This document shows positions 41,480 through 49,604 of a stretch of 64,000 bases of DNA, one piece after another. The translations under genes and the position numbers were made by a program. A model generated the notes under the pieces. That model was not told the origin of the DNA. It saw only the letters and a program-made list of their open reading frames with translations, and did not search any database. Source of the stretch: Candidatus Multivorans sp. (GTDB lineage Bacteria; Acidobacteriota; Thermoanaerobaculia; Multivoradales; Multivoraceae); the NCBI GenBank assembly GCA_965247095.1, contig OZ251997.1, positions 1,376,001 to 1,440,000 on the forward strand. Direction: 5' to 3'. Position 1 is the stretch's first letter; every line of letters begins with the position of its first letter.

Positions 41480-42586
41480 TCACTCGAACTCCGTTCTCTT
41501 CCCCCGGCGGAACAGGTAGTCGGGGCTGACCGCTTTCAGCTTCACCCGATCCCGGTGCAGCCGCCGGTCCTGTCGCTCCTCCTTGGGCGTGATGACGATG
41601 CCTTCCCTCATGTGGCTGCCGGACACGGTGTCGGGTCCGTCGCGGTGCTCTTCGATCAGATCTTCGCTGAACGGAGCAACGGCGAGTTCCGGCACCCGGT
41701 CCACGCCCCACCCGTCGGTTGTCCGGCAGAGCGCGTCGTAGCCCAGGAAGGAACCGGTCGCGGGCGGACCCAGGAACACGTCGAAGACTCTCAGCGACGG
41801 ACGCGCCAACCCGTAGTGCAGGTCCTGCACGCCACGGCCGAAGATCTCGGCCATGATGTGAACCGGCCCCTGAGCGAACTCCTCCACGCGGCGCCAGACG
41901 CCGGTGTCTCGCAACTCCTCCCGCCACGTCCGCAGATAGAGGTTGTTCTTGTTGTCCTCCACGTCCTTGAACGCCAGACCCTTCGCACCGAGTCCCTTCG
42001 ACGCCACCAGCACGGAGCCGTTGGGCAGATCGGCGGGGAGCGAGGCGCTGTCCGGCGGCGGGATGTAACTGAAACAGGCGTAGGTTCCGTGCAGTTTCTC
42101 GGTCACTACGACCATCTCGCCGGGTACGAACACGTCCGGGTACTTCTTGATGTTCTCGATGTCATAGGAAACGAGGAAACCGCCGACGTTCGCGACCTGG
42201 CCCGACATCGTTGTGGGGAGCTTCGGCTCGTACTTCGTGATGCCGTAGGCGGCAGCCAGATCGTCGCCGACCGCTGCACCTTCACCTGGCTTGAACACCA
42301 GACCCTGGGAGATCTCGCCGCGCAGCCTGACCGGCCGGACCCGGTCGCCCTTCTTGCCGCCGAGCCGGCCCTTGCCGGCCTCGCCGTCCCAAAGTCCCAT
42401 GCTCCTCAGCAGATCCTCCGGCACGATCGCGTTCTCCGGGATGTAGGCGACCCGCTCACCGGCCTGGTACTTCCCCTTGGGAACGACACAGCGATAGCCG
42501 CCGACGCGGGCCAGTTCAAGACGATCCGCGTTGGGGTGCACCTCGACCGAATCCAGCAGCACGACCGCAACTTCGAAGGCGGTCAC
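41480..42586 (-). CDS. ATP-dependent RNA ligase, DRB0094/Rnl2-like family
   Basis: N-terminal HPNADRLELA OB-like module; nucleotidyltransferase motifs EKLHGT (I), EIFG (III), FD (IIIa), EGIV (IV), KLKAVS (V). Confidence 0.9.
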   Translation of the reverse strand: MTAFEVAVVLLDSVEVHPNADRLELARVGGYRCVVPKGKYQAGERVAYIPENAIVPEDLLRSMGLWDGEAGKGRLGGKKGDRVRPVRLRGEISQGLVFKPGEGAAVGDDLAAAYGITKYEPKLPTTMSGQVANVGGFLVSYDIENIKKYPDVFVPGEMVVVTEKLHGTYACFSYIPPPDSASLPADLPNGSVLVASKGLGAKGLAFKDVEDNKNNLYLRTWREELRDTGVWRRVEEFAQGPVHIMAEIFGRGVQDLHYGLARPSLRVFDVFLGPPATGSFLGYDALCRTTDGWGVDRVPELAVAPFSEDLIEEHRDGPDTVSGSHMREGIVITPKEERQDRRLHRDRVKLKAVSPDYLFRRGKRTEFE

Positions 42587-42965
42587 GAATCTCTCCCCTT
42601 GGAGGTCTTCAAGTGAATCGACGGCAGTTTCCTGAGCTGCTGGTTGCCAGGATCAATCTCGATGCCCATCGACTCGAGAGCCGTGACGCCCAGGAGCGGT
42701 TCCGTGCCTTCCTCTCCAAAGACGATCGTGCTGCCAATGAAGTCGCCCATGAACTCGAGCCGCGCGACCGTGATGCCAGCTTTACTTCTCGCCCGTCCGC
42801 CAAGCCGTATGTCCGTTGCCCCTTGGGGCGCAGGCCAATCGACTCCAGACGGGGCCTCGGTACGAGGGAGTCGACGGCGCCGGTGTCGACCAGGAAGGCG
42901 CCTTCCCAGCTTCGCGCGGCGTCGGCGGGGTTGCGAATAGTCACTTGAAGGTGGGTCAGTCCCAT
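42583..42965 (-). pseudogene. Clan AA (retropepsin-like) aspartic protease with a 1-nt frameshift
   Basis: MGLTH..V...FLVDTGA...YGLADG in one frame and ITVARLEFMG...EPLLGVTALES.GIEIDP in the next; one base missing near 42776; the stop overlaps the RNA ligase GTG. Confidence 0.8.
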
Positions 42966-42985
42966 CTTTCGCGGTTCCTTTCTCA

Positions 42986-45900
42986 TCATGTTGGTCCCCC
43001 CCGACGTTCCATCCGTGCGCCCGCTGACAGACGCACGGACTGGTTCGCGCGCGGCGCGGAGCCGCGCCACGCGGGTTCTTGCTTCGGTTCCTCGGCCTCC
43101 GCGGCTTCAATCAGCGATCCCACCGGCACATCGAACACGGTCTTGACTCGCTGGTGCGCCAGCAGCTTCTCGAACGGGTTCTGGACCCGGAACAGTTCGG
43201 GCTCAGGCGTCGCGCAGTTGAGGACGGCGTAGAGCCAGTACTCGTCGCCCAGCTTGCAGGCCTGGGCCCATTCGTTCTTCTCGACCGGAACCGCGGAGCG
43301 AGCCGAGCGGCCCTTCACTTCGATGCAACGCTGGTCGCCGCCCGGCAAGGTCGACAGGAGGTCGAAACCGGGCCAGTCGGGCAGACCGGCCGCGCGGGCG
43401 AGCACAGGCTTGGACACGTCCTGGACATGGGCGCCAAGTTGGCGCTCCCAATCGGCGGCAATGAGGACCGCGATCTCCTCCACGGCCTCGTCGAACCGCT
43501 CGATGTTCTCCAGCCCGGCCACATCCTCCGGGCGAACGACAAGCGCGTGAAGCAGGAACCGGGCGCCGCCGGGAACGATGCCCCGCACCTCCTCATCGAT
43601 CCGCTGCAGTGCGAACCGGCGGTCGAGGGACAGTCGCCTCTGTTGCTGTTTCACTGCCTCGAGTTCATCGCCGTCGGACTCGCCGGGGCCGACACCCTTC
43701 CGCGCGAGCTTCCCGCGCCGGGAGGCCAACTCGGCCGCGCGCAGATCGAAGCCCACGGCAACGCGCCGCCGGAGATCCGGCGACTCGGCCTCACGCTTGG
43801 CGCGGAGGTCGGCAACCAGGTCCTGGAGAACGGTATTCAGGTAGGCGCCGGCCTGCGCGCGCAGCGCAGGGGCGCGCGACGCCAGCGGCGCCATGCCGGG
43901 CGCCAGACCGGTGCCGGAAAGCAACAGGAGCTGCTCGACGGGGCACTGAACCGGCTGGACGCCTTCTGGTTGCTGCAACGCCACCAACCGGCGGTCCACG
44001 ACTCGTCGATCGGCAACCGGAAGTACCGCCGAACCGGTCTGGGGCGACCCTTCCGGGCCGGATGCGGGCGAGACGCCCGCGTTCCCAGGGGCGGAGGCGC
44101 CGGCGGTCCCAGGGACGTCCTTCCGCTCGACCCGCAGCTCGGCGAGATGAAGGAGGTAGGGCTCCTCGGCCCTCGAATCGACGAAGATGGCGCCGCGCAG
44201 CGCCTCGTTGCCGCAGCGTGACTGGATCGCCGCACATAGGGCGTCAAACACCGGTTCACCGGGATGGAGCCAGATGCCGGTCTCGTCTTCCCGCGGCCGC
44301 CGAACAGTCAACCAGTCGCGCGCCTCGGGAGAATAGGCCTCGAGCGCCGGCAGCAAGGGGTCGAGCGCGCCGGGGCGGGCCGGCGCGAGTGCGAACCAGT
44401 CGTCCAGGTCGCCGCGAATCTCGACGTCGAGCAGGCGGGCGCCACGTTCCACCAACCGGCGCACGTGGGCGGGAAGGAGCTGCAGGTAGCGCTCTCGCTC
44501 CACGTCCGGTCGCAGGTCCTCGCCTGTCACCTTCTGTTTCGGCACGCCGTAGACCTCGGTGTCGCGCTCGCCGATCCGCCTAACCCTGGAAGTGCCGAGC
44601 GCTTCTTCTATCCGCTCAACAGCCAGCCGCTCGCCCTCCGCGGTCACGGCGTTGGCCATGAACCTGGTCAGCGACTCGCCCTCGAACAGGCGGCCGATGA
44701 CATCGAACACCTTGTCGGAGGCCAGTTCGTCGCGAATCTCTTCGAGCTTCTCCAGAAGCGCCTGCAACACCCTGCCCTCACGCGTGCTGCCCGCTACCAG
44801 GTTCACGATCCGGACCTCGAATTTCTGGCCGTAGCGATGGATCCGGCCCATCCGCTGTTCCAAGCGGGCCGGGTTCCACGGAATGTCGTAGTTGACCATC
44901 AGGCGGCAGAACTGCAGGTTGATGCCCTCGCCCGCGGCGTCGGTGGCCACCAGGTAGCGCGCGCCGTTCGGACGGCGAAAGGCCTCCACTTGGCGGTCGC
45001 GTTCCTTCCAGTCCATGCCGCCATGGATCTGCGCTGTCTGGCCCCGGTAGCCGAGCCCCTCCAGTCGCCGCACCAGATAGTCCACCGTGTCCCGGTGCTC
45101 ACTGAAAATGAGCCACTTCTCGTTCTGGTGCTCGGGCTCCTCCAGGACCTCTCGCAGGCGCTCGAACTTCGTCTCCCGCCCGGAGTCGACCAGCCGCCGC
45201 GCCCGCTCCGCCAACGTCTCGACCTGCCGCGCCTCGCGCCTCAGCTCCTCCGCACCGACCACAGTGACCGCGCCGAGCACCGCGTCCTCGTAGGCCTCGT
45301 TTCCCTCGGCCCAGCCGTCTGACGCCACGTCCTCGTCCGCGGCCCTGTCGTCGAAATAGTCGTGCCGGTAGCGCTGGCTAAGCAGCGCCTGCCTGCGCTG
45401 CAACAGCTCCGCGGTGAATTCGCCGCTCTCGATCGCGTCCGCGGTCTGCGCGAGCTTCTCGATCCGCCGTTCGAAGGAGCGCAGCAAAGCCCAGGTCGAG
45501 CTGGCCAGACGTCGCTGAAACACGGTCTTGGCGAGTTCCACCGCCGGCTGATTGTCCAGAGCGCGGCCGTAGTGCTCATCCAGGTACTGCGTCGTGCGGT
45601 CGTAGAGATCCTGCTCGCCGCTGTCGCCTCCGCTCAGTTCGTACGTGAACGTGCTGCATTTACGCTGCGGGTAGAGCGGCTCGCCGTCGACGCCAACCAT
45701 TTCCTCCTTCGTGCGGCGAAGGAAGTGCCGGTCGCGGGTCGGTTGGGGGGCACGGCGTACGGCTTCCACTGCCCCGAAGGCGTCGGCATCGAGCAGTCTC
45801 CAGAGCCATGCGTAGGGGAGGCTTTTGCCCATGTGCGGTGTAGCGGTAAGCAGCAGCAGATGCCGGGCAGTCCAGCCGAGCCCGCCAAAGGCACTACCCG

Positions 45901-46777
45901 AGTCGGCGCCGACAGCCAGCGCTTCGGCCAACTTGTATCGGAGAGTTCGCTCGACCCGGACACCCCGTTCACGCACGCCCAGCTTGTGGGCCTCGTCGAA
46001 AACGACAAGGTCGTAGGCAGGACCACCCGCTCGGCGAAGAGCCTCGAACATGGTCTCCCCTGCCAGGGTGTCCACGGAGACGATGACGCGATCGCTTCCT
46101 GCGCCGCGGAACGGGTTGCTCCCACGCGCGTCGGCGCCGGTGACGATCCGGAAGTCCAGCCGAAACAGGGTCTGGAGCTCCCGCCGCCAGTTGCCCACGA
46201 GACCCGCGGGCGGCACGATCAACACCCGCTTCAAACGCCCACGCGACAACATCTCGCGGACGTACAGGCCGGTCATGATCGTCTTCCCGGCGCCGGCGTC
46301 GTCGGCGAGCAGGAACCGCAGCGGATCCTGCTTCAGCATTCGCTCGTAGACCGCGAAGCGCTGATGCAGCAGCGGATCAATGAGTGACGTCTCGATCGCG
46401 AACGCCGGGTTGAACTGATGGCCGAAACGCAGTCGCAGGGCGTCGGCCACTGCCAGGACGGCCTCCGGATCACCGGCGAAGTCCATCGGAGCGCCGCCAG
46501 CGGCCGCCGTTGGGCGGCGCAGCCCTCGCATTGGTCGTGGCGCCGACTCGGCCGCCGCCTGCTCGGAGATTTGCGCCAACTTCTCCATCGCAAGCCGTTG
46601 CGGCCGCGACTGGCCGGACTCCCACCGATGGACGGTGATGGTGGAAACGCCCAGACGGTCCCCGAACTGTTCCTGGGTCAGCCGAAGTTGACCTCGGAGA
46701 CGCCGAACTTCCGTGCCGACATCAACCGGAGAGCCATCCAGAGAAGTGAACGCCGCCACGGCGACGAACACTACCAC
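42986..46777 (-). CDS. XRE-HTH + SNF2-family helicase + C-terminal DUF3883 (PD-(D/E)xK) nuclease
   Basis: LTQEQFGDRLGVSTITVHRWE; ADDAGAGKT, DEAH, TATPH, GEGINLQ, QRMGRIHRYGQ; GFDLLS...IEVKGR...NEW...YWLYAV. Confidence 0.92.
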   Translation of the reverse strand: MVVFVAVAAFTSLDGSPVDVGTEVRRLRGQLRLTQEQFGDRLGVSTITVHRWESGQSRPQRLAMEKLAQISEQAAAESAPRPMRGLRRPTAAAGGAPMDFAGDPEAVLAVADALRLRFGHQFNPAFAIETSLIDPLLHQRFAVYERMLKQDPLRFLLADDAGAGKTIMTGLYVREMLSRGRLKRVLIVPPAGLVGNWRRELQTLFRLDFRIVTGADARGSNPFRGAGSDRVIVSVDTLAGETMFEALRRAGGPAYDLVVFDEAHKLGVRERGVRVERTLRYKLAEALAVGADSGSAFGGLGWTARHLLLLTATPHMGKSLPYAWLWRLLDADAFGAVEAVRRAPQPTRDRHFLRRTKEEMVGVDGEPLYPQRKCSTFTYELSGGDSGEQDLYDRTTQYLDEHYGRALDNQPAVELAKTVFQRRLASSTWALLRSFERRIEKLAQTADAIESGEFTAELLQRRQALLSQRYRHDYFDDRAADEDVASDGWAEGNEAYEDAVLGAVTVVGAEELRREARQVETLAERARRLVDSGRETKFERLREVLEEPEHQNEKWLIFSEHRDTVDYLVRRLEGLGYRGQTAQIHGGMDWKERDRQVEAFRRPNGARYLVATDAAGEGINLQFCRLMVNYDIPWNPARLEQRMGRIHRYGQKFEVRIVNLVAGSTREGRVLQALLEKLEEIRDELASDKVFDVIGRLFEGESLTRFMANAVTAEGERLAVERIEEALGTSRVRRIGERDTEVYGVPKQKVTGEDLRPDVERERYLQLLPAHVRRLVERGARLLDVEIRGDLDDWFALAPARPGALDPLLPALEAYSPEARDWLTVRRPREDETGIWLHPGEPVFDALCAAIQSRCGNEALRGAIFVDSRAEEPYLLHLAELRVERKDVPGTAGASAPGNAGVSPASGPEGSPQTGSAVLPVADRRVVDRRLVALQQPEGVQPVQCPVEQLLLLSGTGLAPGMAPLASRAPALRAQAGAYLNTVLQDLVADLRAKREAESPDLRRRVAVGFDLRAAELASRRGKLARKGVGPGESDGDELEAVKQQQRRLSLDRRFALQRIDEEVRGIVPGGARFLLHALVVRPEDVAGLENIERFDEAVEEIAVLIAADWERQLGAHVQDVSKPVLARAAGLPDWPGFDLLSTLPGGDQRCIEVKGRSARSAVPVEKNEWAQACKLGDEYWLYAVLNCATPEPELFRVQNPFEKLLAHQRVKTVFDVPVGSLIEAAEAEEPKQEPAWRGSAPRANQSVRLSAGARMERRGGPT
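44061..44114. repeat. REP-like palindrome(s) inserted in frame within the helicase gene
   Basis: GCGGGCG-AGA-CGCCCGC hairpin plus GTTCCCAGG tail, then a degenerate second unit ending GGTCCCAGG; encodes low-complexity VPGTAGASAPGNAGVSPAS. Confidence 0.65.
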
Positions 46778-46804
46778 AGCATTCCGTGATCTCCCTTTCC
46801 AGAC

Positions 46805-46818
46805 CTATCAAATGATAG
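46805..46818. promoter_or_regulatory. Palindromic operator CTATCA-AA-TGATAG upstream of the XRE-helicase
   Basis: Perfect 6-2-6 inverted repeat, AT-rich, containing a TATCAT -10-like hexamer on the minus strand. Confidence 0.55.
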
Positions 46819-46856
46819 ATCGTGGACGCGACCTCCCAAGACGGCTACGCCGCAGC

Positions 46857-48263
46857 TCAGTGCCTCACGCTCTCCTGCGCCGCCTTGGCTGCCTGCATGT
46901 CGTCCTCGTCCGGCATCAGGATGAACTCGGGGTAGGACTCGATGCCGAGCTCGGCCATGTCCTGACCGAGTTCCTCGACCTCCGGCGAAACGCGAACGCC
47001 GATCGTCTTCTCGAGCACCCACCAGAGAAGCAGGGAGATCCCGAAGACGAAGACGCCGACGGCCAGAATGCCGACGAGCTGATCGACGAAGTTGCCGCCC
47101 GCCGCGATGCAGACCGCCAGAGTGCCCCAGATACCCGCGAACAGATGGACGGGGACGGCGCCCACGACGTCGTCCAGCTTCATCCGCTCGAGCAGGGCCA
47201 GGCCGGACACCGTGACCGTGCCGCCGACGGCGCCGATGAGCAGCGCCCAGTGATGGCCGATGAGGTCGGGACCGGCGGTGACGCCGACCAGCCCGCCCAA
47301 CGCGCCGTTGAGGACCGCCAAGAGGTCGACCCGGCCCAGCAGCGGCTTCGACAGGACGAGGGCCGCCACGACACCGGCGGCGGCGCCGAGGTTCGTGTTG
47401 ATCAGCAGGTTGCCCATCGCAGTGGCGTCCGCCGCGCCGCCCAGCGCAGGCTGCGAACCGCCGTTGAATCCGAACCAGCCCATCCAGAGGATGAAGACGC
47501 CGAGGGTGACGATCGGCACGTTCGACGGCGGCGTCGCCTTGACGCTGCCGTCGGACCGGAACTTGTTACGCCTCGCTCCAACCATGATGATGCCGGCCAG
47601 CGCCGCCCATCCACCGGTCTAATGCACGATGGTCGAGCCGGCGAAGTCCTGGAAACCGAGCTCCGCCAGCCAGCCGCCGCCCCAGGTCCAGGCGCCGACG
47701 ATCGGGTAGATGACGGCGGTCAGGACGGCCGTGAAGATGAGGAACGACCAGAGCTTGACCCGTTCCGCGAGAGCGCCCGACACGATTGAAGCGGTCGTGG
47801 CCACGAAGGTCATCTGGAAGAACCAGCTCGACATCTCCGAGTAGCCGCTGGCTACGACCGCCGCGGTCTTGTCCGCATCGCCGCCAAGAAGCGCCATCTC
47901 GTCCGCCGACGCTTCGAACAGCGGCGTGATCGAACCGATCCAGCCTCCGACATCGACGTACATCAGGTTGTAACCGATGACGTAGTAGGCGATTCCGGCG
48001 ATCGCGTACAGCCCGATGTTCTTGAGGCAGATCACCGATGCGTTCTTGGTCCGCACGGACCCGGCCTCGAGCATCGTAAAGCCGGCGCACATCCACATGA
48101 TGAACGCGCCCCAGACCAGGAACGCGTAGGTGTTGAAGACGTAGGCGACTTCCCCAGGCGCCTGTGCGCCCGCCGCGGACGCGGCGAGCAGAAGCACAAC
48201 GCCGGCCAAGAGCGCCTTGAGGACGATCCGTCGCGACGAAGGCGGCTTGAACTGGGGCTTCAT
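46857..48263 (-). pseudogene. amtB: Ammonium transporter interrupted by one in-frame TAG (47619-47621)
   Basis: MCAGF.MLEAG, FFQ.TF, SGALAER, DFAGSTIVH*TGGW, LWMGWFGFNGGS, LNG.L.GLV..T, DD..GA.PVH; both halves are in the same frame. Confidence 0.88.
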
Positions 48264-48290
48264 GTGTTCCCTCCGGCAGTTGGTGAAGGC

Positions 48291-48480
48291 CCCGCCCCCT
48301 CTTTCGAGGACCTGGACGATGCGCGGCCGAGTCTCGTTTACGCACCCGGCAAGAAGCGCAACCCATGAACCGATGGGCCGCACGGGATCGGCGCGTCCCT
48401 CCCCCGCGACTTGTCCATCGCGGCGACGTCTCCGTAGGATCGGTTCCCAATGCTGAGGCACCCCGGACCGGCGCCTGACG
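48291..48480 (+). repeat. Copy 1 of a ~190-bp duplicated promoter/5' segment
   Basis: Near-identical to 52063-52252; includes TTGTCC-N18-TAGGAT (48411-48440) and ATGCTGAGGCACCC. Confidence 0.9.
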
Positions 48481-49586
48481 CGAGGCGCAACGAAACCGTC
48501 GATGCAGCTCGGGGAGTGAGCATTGTAGCGCCCACGTTCAGGGAAGCTGCCAACATCCCGACTCTCGTCTCCCGCGTGGCGTCCTCGATGGAGGCCTACG
48601 GCGCCCAATGGGAGCTGATCCTCTGCGACGACGATTCCGGCGACGGCAGCGAGGACATCGTGCTGGTGCTCGCGAAAGCCCTGCCGCTGCGCATCCACGT
48701 GCGGCGAAACCGTCCCCGGGATCTGTCGCAGGCGGTGCTCGACGGCATCGAACTGGCCCGATTCGACCGGCTGGTGGTAATGGACGCCGACCTCTCACAT
48801 CCCCCCGAACAGATACCCGAACTGCTCGCGGCCCTGGACGACGACTGTGACATGGCAATCGGCAGCCGCTACGCCGCAGGCGGCGAGATCGACGAGACCT
48901 GGAGCCGATACCGGGCCCTGAACTCCCGCGTGGCGACCTGGCTGGCGCGGCCGCTCATACCGTGCGCCGATCCAATGTCCGGCTTCTTCGCGCTGGATCG
49001 GCGCCGCCTCCCCCACCTGGACCGGCTCGACCCGATCGGCTACAAGATCGGCCTCGAACTCATGGTGCGGGGAAGACTCCGGGTGCGCGAGGTTCCGATC
49101 CGTTTCGACGATCGCCGGCAGGGGTCCAGCAAACTGAACTGGCGCCAGCGGGTCGCTTTCCTCCGTCACCTGGAACGGCTCTACCTGTTCCGTTTCGGAT
49201 TGCAGGCGCGTTTACTCGCCTTCGGCGCCGTCGGCGCCACCGGCCTGGTCGTCGACACCGTGGTCTACCTGGGTCTCCAGTGGGCCGGACTCGGCCACCT
49301 GCTCGCGCGTTTCCTGTCCTTCTGGCCGGCGGTGACCTGGAACTGGCGCCTCAACCGAGCTGTCACCTTCAGGGACCGTCCGCCGGCGCCCCGTGCTGCT
49401 CAGTGGGCCCGGTTCGCCGTCTCGAGCCTCATAGGCCTGGCCACCAACGTCGGCAGCTACGCGCTGCTGACGAGCCTGGTCGATCTCTTCGCACGCCAGC
49501 GCCTGCTCGCGCTCCTTGTCGGGGTCGTCATCGGCAGCGCGGCGAACTACGCTGCCGCGACGCGTTTCGTCTACGGGCGGCGCTGA
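48450..49586 (+). CDS. Polyprenol-phosphate glycosyltransferase (GT2, Dpm1-like) fused to a GtrA flippase domain
   Basis: SIVAPTFRE..NI, DDDSGDGS, VMDADLSHPP, GSRY, DPMSGFF, EVPI.F.DR..G.SK; C-terminal 4-TM GtrA domain (F..VG..G..V, NW.LNR..TF). Confidence 0.9.
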   Translation: MLRHPGPAPDARRNETVDAARGVSIVAPTFREAANIPTLVSRVASSMEAYGAQWELILCDDDSGDGSEDIVLVLAKALPLRIHVRRNRPRDLSQAVLDGIELARFDRLVVMDADLSHPPEQIPELLAALDDDCDMAIGSRYAAGGEIDETWSRYRALNSRVATWLARPLIPCADPMSGFFALDRRRLPHLDRLDPIGYKIGLELMVRGRLRVREVPIRFDDRRQGSSKLNWRQRVAFLRHLERLYLFRFGLQARLLAFGAVGATGLVVDTVVYLGLQWAGLGHLLARFLSFWPAVTWNWRLNRAVTFRDRPPAPRAAQWARFAVSSLIGLATNVGSYALLTSLVDLFARQRLLALLVGVVIGSAANYAAATRFVYGRR

Positions 49587-49604
49587 CGCCGCCCCGACAA
49601 GACC

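Noticed and set aside
42770-42790. Programmed ribosomal frameshift in the aspartic protease
   Set aside because: No canonical slippery heptamer at the junction; a 1-nt deletion or sequencing error is simpler.
29800-46850. Prophage, ICE or integron explanation for the defence island
   Set aside because: I found no integrase, transposase, tRNA target, att direct repeats or attC-like arrays by eye.
47619-47621. Pyrrolysine or amber recoding of amtB
   Set aside because: No pyl genes in the window, TAG terminates many genes here, and the position is normally a small residue.
48264-48698. N-terminal extension of the amtB ORF
   Set aside because: It overlaps the divergent GT2 gene and the duplicated promoter; GGAGGG precedes the ATG at 48263.
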